Assembly (NCBI GenBank): GCA_030265395.1
Contig: JARFYF010000036.1
Coordinates: forward strand, 26,209,264-26,273,156
Direction of reading: 5' to 3'
Source: Rhina ancylostomus
Taxonomy: Eukaryota
DNA: 63,893 nt
Below are positions 40,120 through 53,834 of this stretch, in pieces. Every line of letters begins with the position of its first letter. Within the stretch, counting starts at the first letter, position 1. A model generated the notes under the pieces. That model searched no databases. It saw nothing but the letters and a program-made list of their open reading frames with translations, and was not told where the DNA came from. Position numbers and translations under genes: made by a program.

Positions 40120-40332
40120 CTACCATGGACTTGTCTTCAATTGTGCCTTTGTTTTTTTTTGCAGTAAGATCTTGCTTTTGCACAGTCGGTTTTTTCAGTT
40201 TGGTATAATCTTTATGCACAATTTATATTCTGTGTGTTGTCTGTACCTATATGACTGTGACACTACTACAAGTGTTTCCATTGTACTGAACTTCACCATA
40301 CTTGTGCACATCACAATAAACTCTACTTAACT
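40120..40332 (+). mobile_element. Rex1/Babar-like LINE 3' UTR tail
   Basis: tgtacctatatgactgtgacactactacaag...catacttgtgcacatcacaataaactctacttaact. Confidence 0.55.
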
Positions 40333-42555
40333 GACTGGCTTTCCTGCCTTGTTGGGTATTGTGAAACACTCGGAAAAAGTAGTGTTTAAATTCACTACTA
40401 TTGATTGAATATTGTCTGTCATGTGCTTTTGTTCTTCAAAAAAAGACAGCTCAGAACATACTGACATGAATTCCACAAACAACCAAAACCTAAAAACAGA
40501 TTAATAGCATTCCAGAGGCTCTGTGTTGTTTCTGGCTGCAGTTTAAGTACTTAATACTATTTTGTGTTCCAAGGTGCAATAGCGGTTTCCCCCCATTAAT
40601 CACGAAACCCAAGTGGACAAATATGTTTCCTAGCTGCTACAGGTTAAAAACACAGCAGTCATCAATGGTCCTGAACAACACAACTGTGGATAAACCATCA
40701 TATAATTACAAGGCAAAATTCTGCACCTTTCTGATATCCAGTAATGCTGATGGTTTATGGTATTAACTTGAATTGTTTGGAACATCAAACTTAGCCACAT
40801 TTAATTGAAATGTATGCAAAATTGCCCCTTTTGCTGAAAGATTTTCATGAATTACAAGAGCAACGATTTCAACCATAATCATCCTCTCATTGTGCCATGA
40901 CAATGAACATGGTCAATTATTCATCTCTAGCATGGGTTATTGGGTAAAAATGAGCACTAATGATCCAGGCTAATGTTCTCTCTCACAAACCAACTTCATT
41001 TTGCCTATCCCAGATTAGAAATTAGACCTAGAATCATGCCCAAATTATGGCTCATTAACTCTCTGAATAAACACATTTGAGGCAAGTCAGGCAAAGAGTT
41101 TTAACATTTTTATTCAGCTGGATCTCAGCTATAAATCATGCAAGAGCATATCAAGATCAAAAATGCAACAACCATCAACAAATTAGTTTTGCTTTCAACA
41201 AATTAAAGATAGATTAGATTGGTTTGAGAAGTCTTCATCCATTCCCTTCTGGGCATGAGCCCAGAAGAACAATTACTAATTTTGCAGTAATTGCCTATAT
41301 TACCTTTGTATACCCAAGGATAGCTAGTTAGTGAATGAAATTCAGTTGGGAAAGCAGAGGGACATTTGACAAGTGCACCATTTTTAGATACAACAGCCCA
41401 TGGGCATTTTTAAAAAAAATATACATACATTTCCCCTATGTCTTTTATTGTTAAAACATTAAATTGAAATTCTAGTAACACAGTCACAAGTACATTTCTG
41501 CATCATGACTCTTTTGTATTAATTTCTCAGTGTTATATAACACCATAGAAATATTATAAAATCTGATCATTTAATTCCCAAACTGTTCTATGCCATTACA
41601 AAATAAAGCAGTGGCTGTGGGAGGGGAGCGAGGGGTAAAAAAAAAAGACGTCATTACTTTCATTAACCACTGTTTAATAGTAGTGCTCACAACAACTGCT
41701 GATAACTAAAGCAAGTTCCGCCAATACATTTCTTTTTGGAACAAAAGATGTACTAACTTCATAACACTATGAAACTTTATTACAAAATGTTTCCATTACA
41801 CACAAACCTACAGTTTTATAGACACCATTACAGCAGTGTCAACTAAAATCCAGTCTACCATTTTATAAACAGCATTTTTACAGAACCCACCACCTCTTTT
41901 GGTGCTTCATAAGCTATGCATTAGCTTATCATAGAGTTATTGCACTGCAGGTCAATGGGGCATCTTTACTGTAAACAAAAACAAAGTTTTACACATAGCA
42001 GTAAGTTAAATCTTGTGTGATCTTATTCTGAAGACTATTGGAGACAGCTATGAAACTCCTTACTCATCACCAGAAATGCAGTGTGATCCTTAACAATGAG
42101 TGAGGGGTTCCATGCACCAACCTGTCAGCATGGTTGTGAAATACCACTCCAGTCTACTTCCATGTCATTTTGACTTGGAATCTACTTCATTAACACAAAA
42201 TAATTTTAAAACAATTATAAATGATATAATTACTTAGTGCTTTAGATTAAAAAAATCAGATAAGGCAGAAAGCAGCCAAAAGCAAGAGTGCTGGCAACCA
42301 TAATGGATCACAGTACTACATTTTATGCACTGATGTCTAAACCACATCCTCTAGGCCAAATGTCAATTCAAGCCTCAGTGTTGGGAGCTAAATATCTACA
42401 TGTGCTCTTTTTCATACTTCATTGTCTAACCACTTTCAATTTTCTGGGCTAGAAGATATAGACAATGCCGATGTTGGCTTTGGACATGGACAACACCCAG
42501 CTGTTGCCTCTTCAGAATACCACAACTTCCTCCTGCTAAATAGTGAAAACCAAAC

Positions 42556-42905
42556 TTGGTAAATTGGTTTATTATTGTCACATGTACTGAGATACAGTGA
42601 AAAACTTGTCTTACATACTATTCATACAGATCAATTCATTACAACAGTGCATTGAGATAGTACAAGGTAAAACAATAACAGAGTGCAGAATAAAGTGTTA
42701 CAGTTAGAGAGAAAGTGCAGTGCAGGTAGACAATAAGGTGCAAGGTCATAATGAGGTAGATTGTGAGGTCAAGAGTCCATCTCATCATACTAAGGAACCC
42801 TTCAATAGTCTTATAACAGTGGCATAGAAGCTGTCCTTGAGCTGGGTGTACATACTGTCAGCGGAGAACAGAGAATGCCCAGGGTGGGTGGAGCCTTTGA
42901 TTATA
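42556..42905 (-). mobile_element. Rex1/Babar LINE 3' end
   Basis: Highly similar to 45501-45865 (gtacaaggtaaa...gacaataaggtgcaaggtcataatgaggta...gggtgggtggag). Confidence 0.9.
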
Positions 42906-42944
42906 CTACACGGTCTAGCTGTACTTAAAATGGACAACTCACTC

Positions 42945-43845
42945 AATCCAGATTGAAGTTGCTGAGGGAAGTATAGGTGGAAATTGCAGGTATTGGCCTA
43001 TATCTGTAGATATGGGGATATTAGCTGAGGGAGTGAAAAAACTGCAAAGATTGCATTCCTTATCAAAATGAAGGTGCAAAGATAAACCTAACAGCCAAAG
43101 GCCAGTCCATTTCAACCCAACTTGTGGGGAAACTTTAAGAATCAATGAGGGACAGAATTAGCAATCTCTTGGACAAATGCAGATTGATTGGGGAAAGTCA
43201 GAGTCAATTTGTTAAAGGCACATCATATTTAAAAATACAGGCAGAAATTTTTTTGATGAGGTAATCAAGAGGTTCAATGAGACAAATGCAGTTTGATTTG
43301 CTATAAATAGGCCTTCAAAAGGTATTTAATAAAGTGCTGCATAGTAAACTTACCATCTAGATTGAAGCCCATGGAATGAAAGCAGCTCGTTACAGCAAGG
43401 ACAGAAATTTGGCAAAGTGACAGGAGACAGAAAGTAGGAAATGAATGATAGTTTTGGTACTGGAGGAAGATGTTCCCCAGCGGTTGGTACTAAGAACCAT
43501 ACTTTTCTTAATAAATATTAATAGCTTGGACTTGGGTGAATAGGGCACAATTTCCAAATTTGCAGACCACACAAAACATGGAAAAGTGACAAACTCTGTA
43601 AGGACAACAGTAAAGGAAGAGTCAAGGTTTGCAGTATGAAAGTGATTTGCAAAAAAAAAACAAAACTTGTCATGAAGAGAAACATTTTTTTTTACGCAGC
43701 AAGAGTTTAGGGTCTGGAATCCTTTGCAGGAGTAGCAGGAGATTCAAAAGGGAAGTACATAAAAGAAGTAGTAATCTAGTGCAAAGGGAGAAGTGAGACT
43801 TAATGGACTGAATGGCTTCCCCTCATGCTGTGCCCTTTCTGTGAC
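42945..43845 (+). mobile_element. CR1 LINE RT region and 3' tail, decayed with deletions
   Basis: Degenerate motifs RLLREV..VEIA, SQ.FVKG, FFDEV, FNKV.H, VPQ.LVL..ILFLININ.LD, GTISKFADHTK, ending ggactgaatggcttcccctcatgctg. Confidence 0.85.
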
Positions 43846-43914
43846 AGTGACAGTTTATATTGAGCCAGAGAGAAGCAAAGGATGTTCTGTTCGGTATGAA
43901 TATGATAAAAATCA

Positions 43915-44120
43915 AAAAGCCAAAAAGCTGCCGTCACTAGAAATCTGAAATAAAAACAGAAAATGCCAGCAATACTTAGCAGGTCAGGCAGCATCTGTGG
44001 ACAGTGAAATAGAGTTATTGTCTCAGGTCGATTACCTTCAGAACCTGGAAAAATTAGAAATCAAACATGTTTTAAGTTGCAGAGAAGGAGGAAGGCTGAA
44101 GGGAACAAAGGGAATGTCGG
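43915..44120 (-). mobile_element. Penelope-like terminal repeat
   Basis: aaatctgaaataaaaacagaaaatgccagcaatacttagcaggtcaggcagcatctgtggac. Confidence 0.75.
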
Positions 44121-44154
44121 TGGAGACCAAGAGAGATCGAGTGAAAAGAGAGTT

Positions 44155-44525
44155 GTACATCTTAGAAACAGACCCTTCAGCCCACTGTATCTATGCCAAC
44201 TATCATGCCTATCTATACTAATCCCACTTGCCTGCATTAATTGCATATCCCTCTATGCCTTGCTCTTTTAAGTACCTGTCTAGATGCCACTTAAACGTTC
44301 TTACTGGTCATGCCTCCACCACCTCCTCTGACAGCTGATTCCAGACGATTACACTTTGTGTGAAGAACTTACCCCTCAAATCCCCTTTAAACCTCCTCCC
44401 TCCCAACTCAAATCTATGCCCTCTAGTTTTAGCCACCCCTACCCTATTTATGCCTCTCATAATTTTATATACCTCTCTCATGTCACCTCTCAGCCTGCTT
44501 TGTTCCAGGGAAAACAGACCCAGGC
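44155..44525 (-). mobile_element. CR1 LINE 3' end
   Basis: Minus translation LGLFSLEQSRLRGDMREVYKIMRGINRV followed by a typical 3' UTR. Confidence 0.9.
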
Positions 44526-44579
44526 ATTGAGTATAAAAGCTGGGAAGGAAGAGTCATGTCACAGCTGCATAACAGTATG

Positions 44580-44738
44580 CAGCAATTTTATGCAGTATGT
44601 CGACAGGCCGACTAGAGGGAATGCTGTGTTAGATCTAGTTTTAGGAAACGAACCGGGACAAGTGAAGGATCTATTGGTGGGGGAGCATTTGGGGGACAGT
44701 GACCATTGCTCTGTAACCTTTAGAATTGTCATGGACAG
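44580..44738 (+). mobile_element. CR1 APE endonuclease fragment, uninterrupted, running into a gap
   Basis: FMQYVDRPTRGNAVLDLVLGNEPGQVKDLLVGEHLGDSDHCSVTFRIVMD contains the PTR..LDL and SDH motifs. Confidence 0.93.
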
Positions 44739-45500
44739 NNNNNNNNNNNNNNNNNNNNNNNNNNNNNNNNNNNNNNNNNNNNNNNNNNNNNNNNNNNNNN
44801 NNNNNNNNNNNNNNNNNNNNNNNNNNNNNNNNNNNNNNGAACTAAATGCTCATTTTTCATTGGTACCAATGGCTTTGAATGAAATTAAGAAGTCAGTGTT
44901 CTACTGTAAGTTATTTTGCTGATAGAAATGAATAAAATTGTCAGAAAAATATTAGATTGATGATATTACAAACATTTATAAGTGATACAAAATTATCAGG
45001 TTGATAAATGCCTGTTTATTTTCAGAGCTAAGTGATTGAAAATGCACTTTTCCCAAATAGAAAATAATTAAATCTATTTTCAGGTTGTTTTGCATCTCTC
45101 AGAAATTCAACCAGGAACTTGCTGACCAGAGTCTTGTTCTCCATCAGATGTGCATGAAGTGACCTCATTCCCATTTTAGGAAGGCTACCAAGAATTTAGA
45201 CTACGTAATCCTGACAAAAAACTATTACTGGTCGCTCCCAGATAAAGTAGGTTTCATAAGTGCTGCAATGGATTGGATCCCAACCAAATCCTTTTAACTT
45301 TGGAGCTTGCTCCCACACAACATGTCACCCAACCTCACACCTCACCTCCGTTATCCCAGGCCCAACGATCCATTCCCTCATTGGTTCTTGTGCAGTGAAG
45401 TCCTACCTTGACACACTGAGGATAACATCCACCACACCTAATGGCACTATCAATTATTGTGCTAAATGTGATCATTCCAGACCTGATCCAGCAGGTTAAG

Positions 45501-46520
45501 TTGGTAAATTAGTTTGCTGAAGTACAGTGAAAAACTTGTCTTGTATACTGCTCATACAGATTAATTCATTGCAACAGTGCTTTGAGGTAGTACAAGGTAA
45601 AAGAATAACAGAGCGCAGAATAAAATGTTACAGTTACAAAGAAAGTGCAGTTGCAGGTAGACAATAAGGTGCAAGGTCATAATGAGGTAAATTGTGAGGT
45701 CAAGAATCCATCTTATCCTACCAGGGGACTGTTTAATTGTCATAACAGCAGGATAGAAGCTGTCCTTTACCCTGGTGGTACATGCATTCAGGGTTATGTA
45801 TCTTCTGCCCAATGGGATGGGGGGAAAAGCGAGAATATCCAGGGTGGGTGGAGTCTTTGATTATGTTGGCTGCTTTACCAAGGCAGCAAGAAGTATAGAG
45901 AGAGTCCATTAAGGGGGATGAGGGCTGGTTTCCGTGATGTGTTGGGCTGTGTCCACAACCCTCTGCAGTTTCATGAGATCATGGGCAGAGCATTTGCCAT
46001 ACCAAGCCATGATGTATTCGGATAGGACACTTTCTGTTGTGTTTCAGTAAAAATTGGTGAGTGTCAAAGGGGACAGGCCAAATTCTTTAGCCTTCTGAGG
46101 AAGTAGAGGCACTGGAGAGCTCTCTTGACTGTGGCATCTATGTGGTTGGACCAGGACAGGCTATGTTCGCACTTTGGGACTTTAAGGTCCCAGCCCTCTC
46201 GACCTCAGCACCGTTGATGTAAAGAGGGGCATGTGCACTGCCCCCCTTCCTGAAGTCAATGACCAGCTCTTTTGTTTTGCTGACATTGAGGGAAAGGTTG
46301 TTGTCATGACATTATGTTACTAAGCTCTCCATTGCCTCCTTGTACTCCAACTCATCGTTATTTGAGATATGACCCACTACAGTGGTGCAATCTGCAAACT
46401 TGGACAGAGTCTGGCTACACAGTTGAGAGTGTATAGGGAGTAGAGTAGGGGGCTGAGGACACAGCCCTGTGGGACACCAGGGCTGAGGATAATTGTGGCA
46501 GAGGTGTTGCTGCCCATACT
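45501..46520 (-). mobile_element. Rex1/Babar LINE, ~1 kb 5'-truncated copy
   Basis: GVPQGCVLSPLLYSLYT; CHDNNLSLNVSKTKELVIDFRKGG...INGAEVER; GRRYITLNACTTRVKDSFYPAV. Frameshifted. Confidence 0.95.
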
Positions 46521-46679
46521 TACTAAAGACCTGGCAATGGCATTCATAATAGCTCTAACTATCACCACCATATCTATAACATCTGGTCACCATCTCAGGA
46601 TAAACTGAACTCTTTCAGTGTTTGGAAGAATAAAAAGTTACCTCATTGCAATTTACAAACTACTTATTGGGTTTTAAAG

Positions 46680-46935
46680 AATAGATACAAGGATGACTTC
46701 TTTCCCTTAGCTTGGATGTCTGGAACAATGCATCACAATCTCAAAATTATAGGGTTGGTCATTTCAGAGGCTCAATCACCAAGCATATTCAAATTGATAG
46801 ATTTTTTAGATATTAAGAAAATCGAGAGTTACGAGGCTAGTATAGGAAAGTGGCACTGAGAGGCATGATCTTATTGAATGCAGGATCAGGTATAAGGGGC
46901 CAAAAGGTCAACTCCCATTTCTACTTATGCTCTTT
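46680..46935 (+). mobile_element. CR1 3' tail
   Basis: cacaatctcaaaatt...gatagattttttagatattaagaaaatc...catgatcttattgaatg...aaggggccaaaagg. Confidence 0.7.
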
Positions 46936-48494
46936 TAACCACAAATGCAGTCCATTTCCAATGCCATCAATCTCTCTCTTCCTGCAACACTTGAACTCTC
47001 ATCTATATCCTCCCAACTTCCAGACCAGAAAACATCAGTTGTTTTTTTCTGGCTGTTCTTCATCCAAAAATAATATTGTTCATCTTGTACAAGTCCTATT
47101 CACCATCACTCTGATCCATACTTGCTACTAACTCTTCATCTTAAAATTTCAAGTTAATATCACATTACATTCTTCCCTTTGGTCTGTGTAACTCGAGTCT
47201 TGCTGACCCAATACGCAAGCCTTTTAGTAACTTTCTCCTTTATCTCCTTACCAGATCTCACTTTGTTCTATCACCCTTTGTACCATCTCCTCCATTTTAT
47301 ATATTGTCTACTTATGGCTCAACCAAAGTAGAAAGAGTGTGAAATAAAGCTTAAGAAGATTTATATGAAGCAATCTTAAATTTTATCAGCAACGTTTTTA
47401 GAGCTTGCACTACCAGTGAGACAGCAATGTACCTGGCATCCTCTTAGAGAATGATGATAGACAAGGCCCATATGCCTCAGATGTAGACACCTGTACAATG
47501 ACAACAGTTTTAGGCTCTGGTAAAACTCAATGATTAAGTAAAGAACTTGATCATTCACAGTTTTCAGATAAGTTGTTAAGAAGATTCATCAAATTCAATA
47601 ACAACAATGTTAGTGAACAAGGAGACAAAATAATGAGGGGGAGGGGGGGAGGGTCAGAGCACAGGTTTCAGACTTTTGAAATAACAGGTGAATGGTAAAG
47701 AAACATGAGCCATCCATACCCTATCCAATTAATAAGTAGTCCACATTTCTAACAATAGGGCAGCAAAAATCCTCCCTGGCTAAAGGGCAGTGAAGACTAA
47801 CCTTAAGACATGTGAAAACAGTCACTGGAAAAGGTTACCAGATGACACCTGGAAACTGGAGTAAACTAATGAATGTACCATTCTACTTATCGAACTCCAA
47901 GTATTTTAACTTCACACACAGGGTGCAGCATTAGGAACAAAGCAGTAAACCAATGTGTGTGATTCTTGCCATCTATCCCAAGTTGGACCACAGTTTACAT
48001 TCATGCCTACAGTGCCAAGGGATATTGTGAGAAGCCCTTTAAACGTTTGTGCTTTGCTCAAAATGGAGATACGTATATAAAGGAAGCTGTGATTCTCAAT
48101 TATTAGGTGATATAGATAGCCACAAGTAATCGAGTCACAAAGTAGTTTATATTATGTTGATCTAGTCTTGTAACTATTCTCCAGTTATATTAAATTAGTC
48201 AAATTTAAAACTGAATTTCACTCACATGCTCCCCTTCAATTCTGAATACATTTCTTTAGAAATTCAACAACTTTACCCCATCATAATGGTTTACTGTTCA
48301 TCAAATTTTGCATTGTTCCAAAATTAAAACTCAGAACAAATAGTATTAAGTTAAATTCACCTGCAAAAACAAATCCATTACATTTTCTGAACAAGACACT
48401 ATAACCCACTTTGTTAATCTACTGCAGTAAACTGGGGAACCCTCCTCAGAAGGGAAACACAACGACAGATGTGCTTGAGCAAAGATTGTACAAC

Positions 48495-48653
48495 CTCAGG
48501 CGTACTGCCAACAGGCACTCCTCCAAGAGAGTCAGCTCCATATCAATAGTGGATAATGAAGGCTTCTTCGGGCAAGAGCATAAAGCTAGCAATAAAATGG
48601 CATAAAGCCACTCAAACAAGAAGATTGCTGCATTGCTTCTGCCAGTTGCAAAC
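48495..48653 (-). other. Possible 159-nt exon
   Basis: Good acceptor ttggtcttgtctttatgtAG|G but weak donor GAG|GTTGTA. One frame is open (FATGRSNAAIFLFEWLYAILLLALC...AVRL). Confidence 0.2.
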
Positions 48654-51600
48654 CTACATAAAGACAAGACCAAATTGAAGCAATTCAAAGCACATGGGAC
48701 TGCTAACTTGTATCGCTGTCTTGCAGCTTATTGGCGAGTTAGGGTCATCCGACCGCCTGGCAGACAGAAAATAATACAAGTTTCTTGGAGAAGGGCAGCA
48801 ACCATTGGACACAGACCAAGATGCCACTACCACACACAGGGTCAGTATTGTTCACTATTATTCATCATCTCTCTCAGTGCATTTATCATTCAATTAAGTC
48901 TGTGTTCACACCAAGCTCAGCAGAAAAGAGCCTTCAATCAGACAGCAAACCTCACCAACACCATACCTCAAAGCGGTTCATAGTTGTCACTCGAGCTTTG
49001 TCTTTTCAGCAAAAGAGTACTGTTTGCAAATGTTTGGCAGCTGTTTTGCTCTTCAAGAGGGATACAGGAGTGTTTGTCTGTAACAACAAATCTCATTGCT
49101 TTTTAGTTGAGGAGTTTTATTCATTCAATTTGATCACTCTAGCCTTTGTGCTTAGTTTGTCAGATCATTGTACTGTACATACTTAAACAGGAAAAGTTTC
49201 AAATGCACTGACACTGAAGAGGCTCTGGAACATAATGGCTATACTAAGCTACTTTGAAATGAAGTCTAATTTAATAAAATATACAGTTTTTAGTGTCTGC
49301 AACCAATGAAAAAGTTTTGAAGAAATCTTTTGAATCCCAAAGAACACTTCAGCAACAATGCAGATCTGTGATTAGGTCATGCTGGACTCAGACACATGCA
49401 GTAGAGGGCAGAGCTACACAAACAGATCCAACTCTTGGCACAGAAGCTAGACAGTGCTAACAATCTAGAAGTGAAATGTCAAAATCTTCAAATGTTGAAT
49501 AGTGTACAGTCTTTAGTCAATCTGACAGTAGAATAGATTTGGATTCAACGGTCTTGTCTTTCATCAGTCTAGCCTAATGCAGAAAGGAAATATTTTAGCA
49601 TTTTCCAAAGATGCACTGATCTCACAACCCAGTGGACTAACCCTCCTTGAAATAGTGCAAAATTTCAGACCAAGTGTCCAAATGTTTGCCTACCACAAAC
49701 TTCAAATGAATTTCTATATTAGTTTAGAAATTTAATTGTGCCATTAGGTATAATAAGAAATGAGCATCAAGGACACTAATTATACTTGTCTTGCATAAGA
49801 CCAAAGCTATTAGTTTCAGGTTCCCCAAGGACAGGACAGGTGCAGCTGGCTGAAAGCCAGATGCAAAACCACTGAGACTTGGGGTGGGGTGCCTGGAAGA
49901 CTACATGCCACCAGAGTCCTGCCGCCTTACATTTGCCCTGCAGCCAGTCTCCTCAGATCCCACTTGGGCAAGTGCAGGTCCTGCAGGACTGGTGCAATAC
50001 AAAAGCATCATCCTTCCAGACAAATGTCTGGGAGCAATTCCAGATCCTGACAGTGTGAGGAAACTGAATTAACAGGAACAGTTGAAGGAGATGATTGAAT
50101 AAACAGCAAGAAATAAGCAGCACAGCTCTTTTTAAAATTTTAGCAGGTCTCCATTCCTTTTATTACATTAATGCTACAGATTGAAGCCAGCTTTAGTCTT
50201 CAGTAATAAATTATTCTCTGGATTAATGATTACAGCCTTGAAATTACTGTGGATATTATTAATACTTAACAAGCACAGATCAGATTCCTCCAACAGCTAT
50301 TTTCAGAGATGCTAGACTATTTAATATAAATGGATGAACACCTCTTAAAATAGCAGAGAAATGTGAAATGAACATAGTTGCTTGATGATATCACCAATAG
50401 CGATTACAAACTTTTTAGTTAGCTTCTTCCATTGTTAATTTAGTTTCAAATGACTGGGGTCAATAACTCACTTTTCTCCCTTCCTGCACAGCTACATTAA
50501 TGCTCATCATTTAAACAAGAACAAAGTACATTATGAATCACTCTCCAAGAAATGGCTTAAATATCACTGGTTATAAAATTCCCTTCTCCATCTTATGTTA
50601 AGAAGCACCAAAAGAATAACTTTTTCTCTTTGCCCTGCTCTTACAAAAAGCAATAACCTGTAGCAGCAATCAAGTTCTGCAAAGCAGTTTTATCAAAACA
50701 GGACAGCTTACATTGTACGCACTCTTTTCACAATCATAATTCCTCAGTTCCTAGTCAAAAACTCTTGTTCGATAATAGCATTGGAGAACATTGCAGCACA
50801 GAAATATTCCATTGGCTCCATCGTCCATACCAGTGATGTATCCCACAATTTTTGCTCCTTTGCTTACTGTCATTCAAGGAATTATCTAATTACCTGAAAT
50901 TATGCATTCTGCTTCAATACTATTTTGCAGTAGATAAGTACACCAAGAAAATTAATTCTGACTTCTCCCTTTAATTCTCAAGTCATTTCTCATAACCACA
51001 TCACTAAATAACCCATCATTATTTTTCAGATTTGCATTAACCTTGTATAATTGCCCCTTATGGTCAGTGGAAGGACACGAGTCCAAATTCCCACAACTGG
51101 TTTCTATTGATTTTTTTCTAAAAAAAACAAGAAATGTCAAATGAATCATAGAGGTTTAAGCGTTTCTTCTAATAAAAAATTTGCAACCTGAAAAGGTATC
51201 GCAAATATAAATGTTAATGCTCAGTAAATATCCAAGTAGAGTTGCTAATCTTTCCCCAAATTTGAGGCAATTGCTTCAAATCATGAGGGAATTATTATTT
51301 ACTGAAACTTTAAACTGAAAGAGCCAGCACTATCAAAATAAAATGCAAAACAACCATTCAGAAACAAATCAAAATCTCAGAAAGACTGAAGAAAAATTCA
51401 AGTTAAAAAATTTTTTTAAACCAATTTACATACACGTTTCAAATTGTTTAAAGTGAATTGATTACATATTAGGAATAACCATTAAGACATGAAAGTTAAA
51501 ATGACTTTAAAAATGGCTAGTAAAATTAAGAGTCACACCACCTAAATTTTATGCACTCTGCACCTTTGCTTTCAGGTTATGCAAACCTAATCACTATTTT

Positions 51601-53834
51601 AAATTAATAGGGAATGGCACTTCTGATTTTGTTTTGGGACTTTTTTTTTGAGGGTATGCAGTCACTTAAGTTCTTGGTAGAAAAAGGCCGGAGCAAAAAG
51701 TGGTCAACCAATCAGTACATTGACAGCCAGGCTAAGCTTGTTCTGAAGCAGATGCTGCAGTGAGCATAAAATGATGTTGGCAAATTTGTTCGTTCTCAGT
51801 GTTTAGTTACATGATCATTGAATAGGGAATCATATTTTCCCCCTCAGCCAGACAAAATGCTTTACCAGCACCCACCCCCTCCCCACCCCCCAATCATTTC
51901 ATAGGCGTTTGTTGACNNNNNNNNNNNNNNNNNNNNNNNNNNNNNNNNNNNNNNNNNNNNNNNNNNNNNNNNNNNNNNNNNNNNNNNNNNNNNNNNNNNN
52001 NNNNNNNNNNNNNNNNGCTTTTGTTGACTAACAAGCAAATTTTCTAGTTCACACATTTGGAATTAATAAATGCAAGATTTCAAAGACAATTCAGATGTCC
52101 TATATTCCTCTTCAGACAGGTGGATTTAGATCAGACTGGTATATGCTGTTTGTTACAAGTATTTATCACTGCACTACGACTGGGGCTGGTACAATAATCA
52201 TATTTTTCTTCTGTTTTATCAAAATCCCAGAACTGCATTATAAGGGCAATAGAATTCAACTTGAATTAACGTTAGTTAAATTCTGCAATGTGGGGGATAG
52301 GACGAGTAACAAATATCAATCTCGCTTCCCACGATCTTCAATGGTCCGCTTATGTTTAAAAATGCAACAACCATGTTTAATGGCCATTTGTCTTTTCACA
52401 GAAAAGGCAGAGAAAGAAAATTAGATTCTTCACATCCAAGCTTCAGAAACCAAGTTTTTGACTTTAATATGAGCAAGTGTGTTCAAGCACCTTGCAGTGT
52501 TCAAAGTATTAACTATTACATGAATGGATTAAATTTAGAATTCACCACTACCAGTACAAAACCCTGGATATTGAGGGGGGCTGCGGTGTGTTGGCACCAA
52601 GGTACTCAATCTCATTGCATTAAAACTAAATTTCCATCACACCAACCACTAAATTTACTCTATACATATCTTAAGAGACAAAGTCTGTTTTATTTGCTTA
52701 GTAGACATTTAAGTTGTTCTGTTGCCACCAAAGAAAACAAATCTTTTAATCAAAACACTCTATTTGATTGCCTGTTTGTGCCAAGTCAGATGACTCTTAA
52801 CCAAGTCAGCCACCAGACAACAAATGGCCTCATTACACTTGGTCTCCACCAAAAAGCCAGCACATTCTGACAACCATCCATCAGAAAGTACTCCATGCAT
52901 GATTGGTAGATAAAATTAAGAACAGCTTTGACAAAAGCTCAATGTCAAATTCTCTACTTACAGTCATTAGGCAGGTTTATACAAAAAGAATGGCAACTAG
53001 GTCAAGTAGAGGAAAGCTTGAGAAACCAGGTCTCTGGGATACTGGACTCCAGACTGAGGTAACAACTTCAGTAAACAAAAAAAAACATGAGGGCAAGCTG
53101 AAGTCGAGGGAGCCCAAAATACTTCATTTAAAAATGTTTAAAAACAGTTGCTCCTCACTAGTAGCCGTACAAGAGAACATGAATTTGCTGGATAGTGCTA
53201 TAATCGAGGCTCTATTGTCTCATACAATTTTTGATCAGTCTCAAACGATTTTACCTACTCACAGACCAGTGAATATTCAGAACAATGAATATTTGAAGAG
53301 CAGAACTACACATAGAAATTTTCTCTCAACCAATCCAAAGTGAGCTGCTTTTATGCACATTAACAAAAAGATATTGTTTAATAAATTCCTTTGCACACAG
53401 AAGTTGGATATAGAGCTCAATTTCAGTCCTTTAAGCAAGTACCATCTACATTTATAGGCCAGTAATTTTTTTTAAAATTGGAAATACAGCAATTTTAAGC
53501 TCTGCTTGTCCTACTCCAGTCCATTGGCTGTTGCATATTCATAATCCTCCTGCCTGAACTAAATATTCATTTGCTGCTTGCAGGACAAAGCCTTTTGAAT
53601 TTTGCCAGTATGTCAAAAGGCTTCCTTGGCAAGACTTAAAGACATGTATTTCATCAGTCAATATAGAGCCAACACAGCCTCTCATCACCTCAGTTCTCAT
53701 CAAGAACTATACACACATTCTTATGATAGCATTAAACGCTGTTCAGCAATACTGAAAATTAATAAACTATGGATAACACTGCATAGTTTTTACAGGAAAC
53801 TTGAGTTAATATTTGAACTTAAAAGTCTTTGAGC

